Program-made: the position numbers and the translations under genes
Notes under the pieces: generated by a model
The model's input: the letters and a program-made list of their open reading frames with translations, nothing else
Told to the model about the DNA's origin: nothing
Database searches by the model: none
NCBI GenBank assembly: GCA_964507015.1
Contig: CAZDOM010000007.1
Span: 1,812 to 65,811 of the forward strand
Source of the DNA: an uncultured Rikenellaceae bacterium
GTDB lineage: Bacteria > Bacteroidota > Bacteroidia > Bacteroidales > VadinHA17
Direction: 5' to 3'
DNA length: 64,000 nucleotides
Shown here: positions 37,395-47,251 of the stretch, in pieces
Layout: each line of letters begins with the position of its first letter
Numbering within the stretch: the stretch's first letter is position 1

Positions 37395-38747
37395 ATGTCC
37401 GGAACAATAAGTTTAAAAAAGGGATATAATATCCCATTAAAAGGTAAAGCTGAAAAAAAGATAGCCGGAGAGTGCAATCCGATAAGGTTTGGAGTTAAAC
37501 CTGTCGATTTTCCCGGGCTCATTCCAAAAATGGAGGTAAAACCGGGAGAAAAGATAAAAGCCGGGACACCCTTGTTTCATGATAAAAACCGGCCGGCGAT
37601 AAAATTCACCTCCCCGGTAAGTGGTACTGTCATATCAGTGGAAAGGGGAGAAAGACGGAGGATCCTTGAAGTTGTTATTGAAAAAAGCGGAAATGCTTAT
37701 GTCAATTTCGGGAAGAATGACCCTGCATCATTATCACGGGGAAAGATAATAGAAAAGCTTCTTTTATCAGGACTCTGGCCGGCTGTACGACAACGTCCAT
37801 ATCATGTTATTGCTAATCCGGAAGATAATCCGAAATCGATTTTCATAGCTGGATTTGATACTTCTCCTCTGGCACCGGATTATGATTTCATAATGGATAA
37901 TCTTCCTGCAGAGATTTTTCAGACAGGTATCTCGGCAATCTCAAAACTCACAGGAGGAAAAGTAAATCTGGTGCTGGAAAAGAAAGCTTCAAAAACACCC
38001 GGAAAATACAATTTCAATGGTGTTGAGGTCTCTTATTTCTCCGGACCACATCCTGCAGGGAATGTAGGCATTCATATTCATCATCTTGACCCTGTCAATA
38101 AAGGTGAGGCTGTATGGTTTGTTAATTTCCAGGATGTTATAGCTATCGGGAATCTGTTCGCGGAAGGGATCTATAAACCTGAAAGAGTGATTGCCCTGAC
38201 AGGGTCAGAGGTATCTAATCCACAGTATTACAAAGGATTATCAGGGTGTTCAATAGCACCAATCATCAGGGATAATATCATGTCGTGGAATCTTAGATAT
38301 ATAAGCGGCAATGTATTGACAGGAACAAAAATAAACGCTGACGGGTATCTTGGTTACTACGATTCACAGGTAACAGTAATACCTGAAGGAGATAAATATG
38401 AATTCTTTGGATGGGTACTGCCCGGAGCTGATAAGCTTAGTTTCTCAAGAACATTTTTATCAAGCTTCATCCCGAAAAAAAGTTTCAGCCCCGACACAAA
38501 CTTTCATGGTGGTAAAAGAGCTTTTGTATTAACCGGGCAGTATGAAAAAGTACTTCCTATGGATATATATCCCATGCATCTGCTTAAAGCAATTATTTCA
38601 GGTGATATTGACCTGATGGAAAACCTGGGTATTTATGAGGTTGCTGAAGAGGATTTTGCCCTCTGTGAGTTTATCTGCCCGTCGAAAATTGAGATACAGT
38701 CTATAATTAGGAATGGTCTGGATTTGATGATAAAGGAAATGAGTTAA
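37395..38747 (+). CDS. nqrA: Na+-translocating NADH:quinone oxidoreductase subunit A
   Basis: 450 aa; ISLKKGYNIPLKG N-terminus; first gene of a complete nqrABCDEF series. Confidence 0.9.
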   Translation: MSGTISLKKGYNIPLKGKAEKKIAGECNPIRFGVKPVDFPGLIPKMEVKPGEKIKAGTPLFHDKNRPAIKFTSPVSGTVISVERGERRRILEVVIEKSGNAYVNFGKNDPASLSRGKIIEKLLLSGLWPAVRQRPYHVIANPEDNPKSIFIAGFDTSPLAPDYDFIMDNLPAEIFQTGISAISKLTGGKVNLVLEKKASKTPGKYNFNGVEVSYFSGPHPAGNVGIHIHHLDPVNKGEAVWFVNFQDVIAIGNLFAEGIYKPERVIALTGSEVSNPQYYKGLSGCSIAPIIRDNIMSWNLRYISGNVLTGTKINADGYLGYYDSQVTVIPEGDKYEFFGWVLPGADKLSFSRTFLSSFIPKKSFSPDTNFHGGKRAFVLTGQYEKVLPMDIYPMHLLKAIISGDIDLMENLGIYEVAEEDFALCEFICPSKIEIQSIIRNGLDLMIKEMS

Positions 38748-38769
38748 TAACATGTGACAATACTGAAGA

Positions 38770-39930
38770 ATGGATTCTTTAAGAAAAAAACTGGATAAAA
38801 TAAAACCCCATTTTGAAGAGGGAGGAAAGCTTTCAAAATTGAGGTCAGTTTTTGAAGGATTCGAAGCTTTTATGTTCGTATCCAACAAGGTAACTGTTAA
38901 AGGTTCACATATCAGAGATAACATTGACCTTAAGAGAACAATGACAGTTGTTATAATCGCACTGTTACCGGCTCTTTTATTTGGTTCTTATAATACAGGC
39001 CTCCAGCATTTCAGGTCTGTCGGGACAGATCCTTCCATACTTCAGGCATTCTGGTTCGGCTTCCTGAGAATACTCCCGCTAATAATTGTAAGTTATGTTG
39101 TGGGTCTGGGAATAGAGTTTATTGCAGCCCAGATAAGAGGACATGAGATCAATGAGGGCTTCCTGGTAACAGGTCTTCTTATACCATTGATAATGCCTGT
39201 TGATGTTCCTCTCTGGATGCTTGCTCTTGGAACGGCCTTTGCTGTAATACTTGGCAAAGAGGTCTTCGGTGGAACAGGTATGAATGTGTTTAATCCGGCA
39301 CTTCTTGCCAGGGCTTTTGTCTTTTTCAGTTACCCGGGGTGGATGACAGGGGATAATGTCTGGACTGAAGGCCTGATGAAGGGCCAGAATATTATTGACG
39401 GATTCTCGGGTGCCACACCCCTTTCAATGGGAGCATCCGGAGATTTTGCTGGTCTGCCATCATTCATGAATATGTTCATCGGGACAATTCCCGGTTCAGT
39501 AGGAGAGACTTCAACTATTGCTATCCTTATAGGAGCATTTATACTGATAGTGACAGGAATGGGGAGCTGGAAAATTATCGTAAGTGTTTTTGGAGGAGGA
39601 CTCCTGATGGGACTTTTACTTAATGCAATTGCGGCAAATCCTTATATGGAGATACCTTTTTATTATCACTTTGCAATGGGTGGTTTTGCATTCGGGGCTG
39701 TATTTATGGCAACAGATCCGGTTACTGCGTCGCAAACAGAAAAAGGGAAATGGATTTACGGACTTTTGATAGGTATCCTGTCGGTTCTGTTCAGGGTTCT
39801 TAATCCTGCCTATCCCGAAGGGGTAATGTTAGCAATATTACTTATGAACATGTTTTCCCCGCTTATTGATCATTTTGTCATACAATCTAATATAAAGCGA
39901 AGGCTGCGACGAGCTGTACTGGCAGTATAA
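38770..39930 (+). CDS. nqrB: Na+-NQR subunit B
   Basis: Polytopic membrane protein with the FMN-attachment motif DGFSGATPLS. Confidence 0.92.
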   Translation: MDSLRKKLDKIKPHFEEGGKLSKLRSVFEGFEAFMFVSNKVTVKGSHIRDNIDLKRTMTVVIIALLPALLFGSYNTGLQHFRSVGTDPSILQAFWFGFLRILPLIIVSYVVGLGIEFIAAQIRGHEINEGFLVTGLLIPLIMPVDVPLWMLALGTAFAVILGKEVFGGTGMNVFNPALLARAFVFFSYPGWMTGDNVWTEGLMKGQNIIDGFSGATPLSMGASGDFAGLPSFMNMFIGTIPGSVGETSTIAILIGAFILIVTGMGSWKIIVSVFGGGLLMGLLLNAIAANPYMEIPFYYHFAMGGFAFGAVFMATDPVTASQTEKGKWIYGLLIGILSVLFRVLNPAYPEGVMLAILLMNMFSPLIDHFVIQSNIKRRLRRAVLAV

Positions 39931-39982
39931 AGCTAAGCTGAGGATAACAGCATGAGTCTGTTGAAATTAAAAATATTACCAT

Positions 39983-40684
39983 ATGAAAAAATTCAGTAAC
40001 AAATATATATTCATATTCTCGACAGTGATGGTAGTAATTGTGGCTTCTCTCCTGTCGCTGGCAGCCACTCTTTTGCAGCCTGCCCAGGAAAGAAACCTGG
40101 AAATAGAAAAGAAAAAAAGTATGCTGGAGTCAATACTTATTCCGGCTACGCGGAATGATGCAGTGGAGCTTTATGATAAATATATAAAAGAAAGCTTTGT
40201 CCTGAACAGTAAGGGAGAGATAATGGAAAATGTTGATGCGTTCAATGTTGTTTTGAAAAACGAACAGAAAAAACCCCTTGATGAACAATACCTCCCGGTA
40301 TTTATATCAATTCCCGATAATGGTGAAAAAGTAATCATCCTGCCAGTTCAGGGAAAAGGATTATGGGGTCCCATTTGGGGTTATGTATCATTAATGCCCG
40401 ACATGAACACTATCTATGGTGTTACATTCGATCATAAGGGTGAGACTCCAGGACTGGGGGCAGAGATAAATACTTCTCATTTTGAGAATATGTTTAAGGG
40501 GAAACAACTATTTGATAATGATAAATTTATATCTGTAGATGTCGTCAAAGGAGGTGCCGACCCTAATGACAAACATGGTGTTGACGCAATTTCAGGCGGG
40601 ACTATTACAAGTAAGGGTCTCGAGAAGATGCTTTTTGATTGTATAGCAAAATATGAAGATTACCTTTTAAAAAACAGAATTTAA
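39983..40684 (+). CDS. nqrC: Na+-NQR subunit C
   Basis: Single N-terminal TM; FMN-attachment motif DAISGGTITSKG. Confidence 0.9.
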   Translation: MKKFSNKYIFIFSTVMVVIVASLLSLAATLLQPAQERNLEIEKKKSMLESILIPATRNDAVELYDKYIKESFVLNSKGEIMENVDAFNVVLKNEQKKPLDEQYLPVFISIPDNGEKVIILPVQGKGLWGPIWGYVSLMPDMNTIYGVTFDHKGETPGLGAEINTSHFENMFKGKQLFDNDKFISVDVVKGGADPNDKHGVDAISGGTITSKGLEKMLFDCIAKYEDYLLKNRI

Positions 40685-40687
40685 CAT

Positions 40688-41341
40688 ATGAACAACCAGG
40701 AAAAAGAGCCGTTATTTTCGGCTAAGAATTTTAACCTTCTAACTGCTCCGTTGAACAAGAATAATCCCATTACTATCCAGGTTCTGGGAATATGTTCAGC
40801 TCTGGCGGTCACTGTTAAGCTTAAGCCTGCGCTGGTGATGGCATTATCAGTCACAATAGTCATCGCTGTATCGAATGTTGTGGTTGCAGCTCTCCGGCAG
40901 TATATTCCGGACAGAATAAGGATTATTGTACAGCTGGTAGTCATTGCAACACTTGTGATACTTGTGGACCAGATATTAAAGGCATACGCTTTTGATGTGA
41001 GTAAACAACTCTCTGTTTTTGTCGGACTTATAATTACCAACTGTATTATTATGGGTCGTCTTGAGGCATTTGCCATGGCAAACAAACCATGGCAGTCATT
41101 TCTTGATGGAGTGGGTAACGGTGCCGGATATGGTATAATACTGATTATTGTGGCATTCCTCAGGGAGTTACTGGGGTCAGGAACCATATATGGTTATCCT
41201 GTGATTGAGAAACTCGGACTCTATTCTATAGGATATGAAAATAACGGGATGATGATTCTCCCTCCGATGGCCCTGATTGTTGTCGGATTAATAATCTGGG
41301 CACAGAGAGGCAGGGATAAAAGCCTGATTGAGAATAAATAA
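40688..41341 (+). CDS. nqrD: Na+-NQR subunit D
   Basis: Conserved Cys pair ([18 protein letters not shown]); RnfE/NqrD-type membrane protein. Confidence 0.92.
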   Translation: MNNQEKEPLFSAKNFNLLTAPLNKNNPITIQVLGICSALAVTVKLKPALVMALSVTIVIAVSNVVVAALRQYIPDRIRIIVQLVVIATLVILVDQILKAYAFDVSKQLSVFVGLIITNCIIMGRLEAFAMANKPWQSFLDGVGNGAGYGIILIIVAFLRELLGSGTIYGYPVIEKLGLYSIGYENNGMMILPPMALIVVGLIIWAQRGRDKSLIENK

Positions 41342-41352
41342 TAAAAAAGACT

Positions 41353-41970
41353 ATGGAAAACCTACTGAATATATTTATCAAATCGATCTTTGTCGAAAAC
41401 ATGGTTTTTGCATTCTTCCTTGGTATGTGTTCATACCTGGCAGTGTCAAAAACCGTGAAGACATCTATAGGACTTGGTATAGCAGTTGTATTTGTACTTC
41501 TGATAACGGTACCGGTAAATTTCCTTATTGAGAAATTTATTCTGAAAAAGGGTGCACTGATCTGGCTGGGCCAGGGATTTGCAGATGTGGATCTAAGTTT
41601 TTTAACCTTCATAGTATTTATTGCAACCATTGCAGCAATGGTTCAACTTGTTGAAATGATAATTGAAAAATTCAGTCCTGCCCTTTATAACTCCCTGGGG
41701 ATTTTTCTCCCGCTGATAGCAGTGAACTGTGCTATCCTGGGCGCATCACTTTTTATGCAGGAAAGAGAATATGCAAATATTGCAGAAGCAACAGTATTTG
41801 GTATAGGTTCAGGAATAGGCTGGCTGCTGGCAATTGTCGGTATAGCTGCAATACGTGAGAAACTACAGTATAGTAATGTGCCCGACCCTCTTAAAGGTCT
41901 GGGTATCACTTTTATACTTACAGGATTGATGGCAATTGCTTTTATGGGTTTTATGGGCATCAAAATTTAA
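41353..41970 (+). CDS. nqrE: Na+-NQR subunit E
   Basis: Conserved Cys pair ([18 protein letters not shown]). Confidence 0.92.
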   Translation: MENLLNIFIKSIFVENMVFAFFLGMCSYLAVSKTVKTSIGLGIAVVFVLLITVPVNFLIEKFILKKGALIWLGQGFADVDLSFLTFIVFIATIAAMVQLVEMIIEKFSPALYNSLGIFLPLIAVNCAILGASLFMQEREYANIAEATVFGIGSGIGWLLAIVGIAAIREKLQYSNVPDPLKGLGITFILTGLMAIAFMGFMGIKI

Positions 41971-43239
41971 ATGATATATCATATTATGGTTCTAGCTGTT
42001 ACAACTACGCTTACCCTGCTTTATAGTGTTATAGTCTTTCTTATAATTATTCTATTGCTGGTTTTTGGACTTCTTCTGGCAAGGGATAAGCTTTTACCAA
42101 AAGGAGATGTTACTCTTCAGATAAATGACCGTGAAATAACTGTTTCTCCCGGTTCAAACCTGCTTTCAACACTGTCATCAAACGGTATCTATCTTCCTTC
42201 AGCATGTGGCGGCGGAGGTACATGCGGTATGTGTAAGTGTCAGATACTGGAAGGAGGCGGCTCCATACTCCCTACTGAAACAGGATTCTTTACACGTAAA
42301 GAACAATTGAATAACTGGAGGCTGGGTTGCCAGGTGAAAATACGTGAACCACTCAAAATAAAGGTTCCTGAAGCTGTTCTTGGGATAAAGAAATGGGAAT
42401 GTGAAGTAGTATCTAACAGGAACGTTGCAACATTTATTAAGGAGTTTGTAGTTAAACTGCCTGAAGGAGAAAAACTTGATTTTGAGCCGGGTGGATATAT
42501 CCAGATAGATGTACCAAAATACCAGACAACATTCAGGGATTTTATCATTGATGAGAATTACCATGAAGACTGGGATAATTATAAAATGTGGGATCTTTCA
42601 ATAAAGAACAGTGAAGAGACATTCAGGGCATACTCAATGGCAAATTATCCTGCTGAAAAGAATCTCATTAAACTGAATATAAGAATAGCAACACCACCTT
42701 GGAATAATACCAAAAAACAATTTATGAAGGTCCCACCCGGGATCTGTTCAACATATATATTTTCAAGAAAACCTGGCGACAAAGTATCCATTTCAGGGCC
42801 ATATGGCGAATTTCATATAAAAGACACAAATAACGAAATGGTATATATTGGCGGGGGAGCAGGTATGGCACCTTTGCGATCACATATATTCCACCTGTTC
42901 CATACACTGAAAACCGGACGTAAAGTATCATACTGGTATGGTGCAAGATCACTCAGAGAGGTCTTCTATGAAAATGAATTCAGAGCAATAGAGAAAAAAT
43001 TCCCGAATTTTAAGTTTGTACTTGCTCTTTCAGAACCTCTTCCTGAAGATAAATGGAAAGGCCCGACCTGTTTCATTCATCAGGTTCTCTTTGATAATTA
43101 CCTGGATAAACATGAGGAACCTGAAGATATTGAATATTACTTCTGCGGACCACCAATGATGAATAACGCAGTCGTTAAAATGCTTTACGACCTTGGAATC
43201 CCGGAAGAAAATATTTCATTCGACGATTTCGGTATATAA
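41971..43239 (+). CDS. nqrF: Na+-NQR subunit F
   Basis: N-terminal TM, 2Fe-2S motif CGGGGTCGMCKC, FAD motif RAYSMAN, NAD(H) motif GGGAGMAP. Confidence 0.92.
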   Translation: MIYHIMVLAVTTTLTLLYSVIVFLIIILLLVFGLLLARDKLLPKGDVTLQINDREITVSPGSNLLSTLSSNGIYLPSACGGGGTCGMCKCQILEGGGSILPTETGFFTRKEQLNNWRLGCQVKIREPLKIKVPEAVLGIKKWECEVVSNRNVATFIKEFVVKLPEGEKLDFEPGGYIQIDVPKYQTTFRDFIIDENYHEDWDNYKMWDLSIKNSEETFRAYSMANYPAEKNLIKLNIRIATPPWNNTKKQFMKVPPGICSTYIFSRKPGDKVSISGPYGEFHIKDTNNEMVYIGGGAGMAPLRSHIFHLFHTLKTGRKVSYWYGARSLREVFYENEFRAIEKKFPNFKFVLALSEPLPEDKWKGPTCFIHQVLFDNYLDKHEEPEDIEYYFCGPPMMNNAVVKMLYDLGIPEENISFDDFGI

Positions 43240-43251
43240 CAATATATATCT

Positions 43252-43298
43252 CTCTGTGTCTCTTTGTGTCTTCTCAGTCCCACAGAGGAGACACAGAG
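43252..43298. repeat. REP/MITE-like hairpin element between nqrF and apbE
   Basis: Perfect 11-bp inverted repeat CTCTGTGTCTC (43252-43262) / GAGACACAGAG (43288-43298). The element is bracketed by the direct repeat CAATATAT (43240-43247 and 43312-43319). Confidence 0.55.
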
Positions 43299-43324
43299 TG
43301 CCACGAAGTTTCAATATATTTAAA

Positions 43325-44338
43325 ATGAAAATCAAATTATCAGGACTGGCATTTTTGCTGTTAATAACGACAACAGCATGTAAAAAACAACTTGAATTCT
43401 CCAGCTTCAACGGATTTGCACAGGGTACAACATATAGTATTGTTTTTGAAGATAATGGCAAAATTGATCCTTCAGAGTTGAGAGAAAAGGTAGAAAAGAT
43501 TCTTCATGATTTTGATATGTCACTCTCGTTGTATCAGGATTCATCTGTAGTTTCCAGAATAAACAGGAATGAAACTTTGACACCTGATACATATTTTATT
43601 AAAGCCTTCAGACAATCTGAAGAGATAAATCTATTGACAGATGGTTCATTTGATATAACTGTAGATCCATTGGTTGAGGCATGGGGCTTTGGACCGGATG
43701 CTGTTAAAAACTATAATGAAGCTATCCATGACTCCCTTATGAAGTTCATCGGTATGGACAAGGTGGAGATAAGAGATGGGATGGTATATAAAACTGATTC
43801 CCGTATAAAATTTGATTTCAATGCAATTGCACAGGGCTATTCAGTTGATATAGTCAGTAACTATCTGAATAGCATAGGTATAAATCATCACCTGGTTGAA
43901 ATTGGGGGTGAAGTAAAAACCTGTGGTGATAAAGGAGGTGTATTGTGGAGGATAGGTATTGACCGGCCTGAAGATAATAATATGATGCCCGGCGAAGATC
44001 TGCAGGCAATTATCAGCTTGAAGGACAGATCTCTGGCAACATCAGGAAATTACAGAAAATTTTATATAGAAGATGGCATCAAATATTCCCATACGATTGA
44101 TCCCAAAACGGGTTATCCTGCAAGGAACAGGTTATTAAGTGCAACGATCGTTACCGATAACTGTGCAACTGCTGATGGTGTTGCCACAGCATGCATGGTA
44201 ATGGGCCTCGAAAGAACAATTAATTTCCTGGAATTACATCCTGAATTTGAGGCATACCTTATCTATTCTGATGATAAGGGATATTTTATAACATGGTCAA
44301 CGGAATCTCTTAAGAAGTATATTTCTGAAGTAAAATAA
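43325..44338 (+). CDS. apbE: FAD:protein FMN transferase (flavin transferase lipoprotein)
   Basis: Lipoprotein signal MKIKLSGLAFLLLITTTAC, then GTTYSIVF, DITVDPLVEAWGFG, IAQGYSVD, ATSGNY, YSHTIDPKTG blocks. Start moved from 43193, which overlaps nqrF and the hairpin. Confidence 0.88.
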   Translation: MKIKLSGLAFLLLITTTACKKQLEFSSFNGFAQGTTYSIVFEDNGKIDPSELREKVEKILHDFDMSLSLYQDSSVVSRINRNETLTPDTYFIKAFRQSEEINLLTDGSFDITVDPLVEAWGFGPDAVKNYNEAIHDSLMKFIGMDKVEIRDGMVYKTDSRIKFDFNAIAQGYSVDIVSNYLNSIGINHHLVEIGGEVKTCGDKGGVLWRIGIDRPEDNNMMPGEDLQAIISLKDRSLATSGNYRKFYIEDGIKYSHTIDPKTGYPARNRLLSATIVTDNCATADGVATACMVMGLERTINFLELHPEFEAYLIYSDDKGYFITWSTESLKKYISEVK

Positions 44339-44414
44339 TAGAGTTCAATTTTATTTTTGAATATATTGGATTTTTCTGATTACTGAATTAGCAGCAAGGA
44401 GACTGTCACTATGG

Positions 44415-44639
44415 CTAAATATCGATGTTGCATGCCTTACAACCCTGCATGTTATTGTTTGGATTACAGCCTATGTCGGTTTTTTGAGCACATTTGATGC
44501 CCCGCTTACTCATTTCCTTATTATGGCCCACATGTGTCTCCGGGAACCGGCCATTAGACTTGAGCAGGATTCTGATACCCAGAAGTGCAATTGCAAATAG
44601 CAGGAAAACAGCGCTTATAAAAAGCAATTTAACAAACAT
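44415..44639 (-). CDS. Small single-pass membrane protein with a 4-Cys/2-His tail
   Basis: 74 aa. TM LLFISAVFLLFAIALLGIRILL followed by basic residues. Tail has H36, H39, C50, C58, C67, C70 (GCKAC). Convergent with apbE. Confidence 0.55.
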   Translation of the reverse strand: MFVKLLFISAVFLLFAIALLGIRILLKSNGRFPETHVGHNKEMSKRGIKCAQKTDIGCNPNNNMQGCKACNIDI

Positions 44640-44731
44640 CAGTGAAGCATATTAAACATTATTTCAAAGATAATCATCATTTAATCTATTATTGTTAAAC
44701 AACTCCAACAAAAAATTGTTAATTATTCAGA

Positions 44732-47167
44732 GTGAACATAAAACAACCAGTTTTTATGGTACAAAACAAAAAAAAATCAGATATAAAAATTAACAGGGAG
44801 ATCATCCTGGCTGACTATCGTCTTGCCAATGTCAGCAGGAACCTGTCAATTACAGGTCGACGTGAAGTATTATCAGGAAAAGCAAAATTCGGAATTTTTG
44901 GGGATGGGAAGGAACTGATACAGATAGCCATGGCCAGGCAATTCAGGGACGGAGACTGGAGATCAGGTTATTACAGAGACCAGACCTGGATGATGGCAAT
45001 GGGACTCTATGATTCAGTAGAATTCTTTCATCAGCTTTATGGTAATACTGACAGAAACATTAATCCGGGTAGCGGAGGACGGGTATTCAATAATCATTTT
45101 TCGGTTCCTAATATAAATCCCGATGGTACCTGGCGTGATCTGACAAAACAAAAAAATTCATCTTCAGACATATCTCCTACAGCCGGACAGATGCCCCGCC
45201 TTCTTGGTCTGGCCTATGCATCAAAATTATTCCGGTCGAATAAAGAACTGCATCAGTATAAGACATTATCGCTGAAAGGCAACGAAGTGGCATTTGGCTC
45301 AATAGGTGATGCCAGTACTTCAGAGGGCCACTTCTGGGAAACAATGAATGCAGCAGGTGTTTTGCAGGTGCCTATGGCTATATCTGTATACGATGATGGT
45401 TATGGTATCTCGGTTCCAAAGAAATACCAGACAACAAAAGGGAGTATTTCTGATATCATGAAAGGGTTTGAAAAAGAATCTGGTCGACCGGGGATACTTA
45501 TCTACAAAGGCAAAGGATGGGATTATCAGGGACTTATTAAAATGTATGAAGAAGGGATCGCGATTTGCAGAAGGGATCATGTTCCTGTATTATTCCATAT
45601 CGAGGAGGTGACACAGCCCCTTGGTCACTCTACATCAGGATCACATGAAAGATATAAAAGTGAGGAGAGGTTGAAATGGGAGGAAGAATTTGATCCGATA
45701 AGAAAAATGAGAAAATGGATCATCAGTCAAAATATTGCGAACGCTGAAGAACTTGACAAAATAGAGTCTGAAACCGGAGAGGAAGTAAGGGAATCAAAGA
45801 AAAAAAGCTGGAAGATGTTCCAGGACCCTATAAAGATTGAAAGGGATGCATTGGTGAAAATTATAAGGGACAGATCCTGCAAATGTCATGAAGAGATAAA
45901 GGAAGCTTCGGTGGATGAAATAACAGCAGAGCTGGAAAAGGTACTGACCCCGATCCGTAAGGATAACTTCATGGCTGCACGTAAGATTCTCAGGAATGTA
46001 TGTGAATCATGTAACAAAGCAGATAACCTCAGAGAGGAGCTTCACGGATGGCTTAAAAGAAACTATGCCGATGCCTCAATGAGCTATGACAAGTTCCTTT
46101 ATAATGAGACATCAACATCTGTTCTTAATGTTAAACCTGTTGCGCCGAAATACTCGGAAAGTTCTCCCGAAGTGCCCGGAAGACAGGTTCTCCGTGAGAA
46201 CTATGACAAACTCTTTTCGAAATATCCTCTCCTGGTTACTTTTGGTGAGGATACCGGTAAAATTGGTGGAGTAAACCAGTCACTGGAAGGTTTACAGAAG
46301 AAATATGGCGAATTGAGAATTACAGATACCGGGATCAGGGAAACCACGATACTGGGTCAGGGGATAGGTCTTTCGCTGAGAGGTATGAGACCTATTGCCG
46401 AGATACAATATCTCGATTATCTTATGTATGCCATCCAGACCTTAAGTGATGATCTCGCAACAACTCATTACCGGACAGCAGGCAGGATGGTTGCACCCCT
46501 TATTGTATCAACCCGTGGACACAGACTTGAAGGAATCTGGCATTCCGGATCACCTATGAGTATGCTTATTAACTCTGTAAGAGGAGTCTATGTTTGTGCC
46601 CCAAGAGATATGACCCGGGCTGCAGGATTTTATAATACTCTCCTTCAGGGAAATGATCCTGCAATTGTAATAGAACCCTTGAATGGTTATCGACTTAAGG
46701 AGAAACTTCCGGATAACATCGGTGAATTTTGTATCAGGCTTGGAGTTCCTGAGATCCTTACCAGCGGTACCGATCTGACACTGGTAACATATGGATCAAC
46801 TGTCAGGATAGCCGCAGAAGCAGTTAAACAGCTTTCATCACATGGAATATCAGTTGAGCTTATCGATGTGCAGACACTTGTTCCGTTTGATATCGGGAAG
46901 ATCATACTTGATTCAATAAGGAAAACCAACAGAATACTCTTTCTCGATGAAGATGTTCCTGGAGGTACCACTGCATATATGATGCAGGAAGTGCTTGAGA
47001 AACAGGGTGGATGGCAATATCTCGATTCACAACCAAAAACACTTACTGCCAAAGAGCATCGTCCGGCATACACTACTGATGGAGATTATTTCTCAAAACC
47101 AAGTGCCGAGGATGTTTTCGATGCAGTATATGCTATGATGAAGGAAGCAATACCGGCAAAGTATTAG
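44732..47167 (+). CDS. TPP-dependent 2-oxoacid dehydrogenase E1 component, fused alpha/beta subunits
   Basis: 811 aa. Alpha-like half (FGSIGDASTSEGHFWETMNAAG...YDDGYGIS), beta-like half (ITDTGIRETTILGQGIGLS, EIQYLDY, transketolase-C-like end). GTG start; an ATG 24 nt downstream is an alternative. Confidence 0.8.
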   Translation: MNIKQPVFMVQNKKKSDIKINREIILADYRLANVSRNLSITGRREVLSGKAKFGIFGDGKELIQIAMARQFRDGDWRSGYYRDQTWMMAMGLYDSVEFFHQLYGNTDRNINPGSGGRVFNNHFSVPNINPDGTWRDLTKQKNSSSDISPTAGQMPRLLGLAYASKLFRSNKELHQYKTLSLKGNEVAFGSIGDASTSEGHFWETMNAAGVLQVPMAISVYDDGYGISVPKKYQTTKGSISDIMKGFEKESGRPGILIYKGKGWDYQGLIKMYEEGIAICRRDHVPVLFHIEEVTQPLGHSTSGSHERYKSEERLKWEEEFDPIRKMRKWIISQNIANAEELDKIESETGEEVRESKKKSWKMFQDPIKIERDALVKIIRDRSCKCHEEIKEASVDEITAELEKVLTPIRKDNFMAARKILRNVCESCNKADNLREELHGWLKRNYADASMSYDKFLYNETSTSVLNVKPVAPKYSESSPEVPGRQVLRENYDKLFSKYPLLVTFGEDTGKIGGVNQSLEGLQKKYGELRITDTGIRETTILGQGIGLSLRGMRPIAEIQYLDYLMYAIQTLSDDLATTHYRTAGRMVAPLIVSTRGHRLEGIWHSGSPMSMLINSVRGVYVCAPRDMTRAAGFYNTLLQGNDPAIVIEPLNGYRLKEKLPDNIGEFCIRLGVPEILTSGTDLTLVTYGSTVRIAAEAVKQLSSHGISVELIDVQTLVPFDIGKIILDSIRKTNRILFLDEDVPGGTTAYMMQEVLEKQGGWQYLDSQPKTLTAKEHRPAYTTDGDYFSKPSAEDVFDAVYAMMKEAIPAKY

Positions 47168-47177
47168 CCCTCCACGA

Positions 47178-47219
47178 ACTCACCCCCTTCCTTTATTACG
47201 TTCAGGATGGGGGGTGAGT
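47178..47219. terminator. GC-rich hairpin between convergent genes (possible bidirectional terminator)
   Basis: ACTCACCCCC (47178-47187) pairs with GGGGGTGAGT (47210-47219). 22-nt loop, no clear T-tail. Confidence 0.4.
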
Positions 47220-47251
47220 ATATGTTGTATTAAGAGGATGAAAATGGTATT

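Noticed and set aside
40681-41187. 168-aa minus-strand ORF antisense to nqrD
   Set aside because: It lies entirely inside a strongly supported nqrD gene. The composition is low-complexity (Ile/Thr/Ser/Ala-rich), as expected from the antisense frame of a hydrophobic membrane protein, and I see no recognisable motifs.
43193-43324. Long apbE start overlapping nqrF
   Set aside because: The 44 extra residues (MESRKKIFHSTISVYNNIYLSVSLCVFSVPQRRHRVPRSF...) translate the hairpin/repeat element. The Met at 43325 gives a clean lipoprotein signal peptide.
44768-44776. A9 homopolymer in the 5' end of the fused E1 gene, with similar A9 and T8-9 runs near 55341, 25605 and 31072. Considered as slipped-strand phase-variation sites.
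   Set aside because: The runs are short for contingency loci and expected in an AT-rich genome (Lys codons). No invertase or methyltransferase context is present. Only population sequencing could show length variation.
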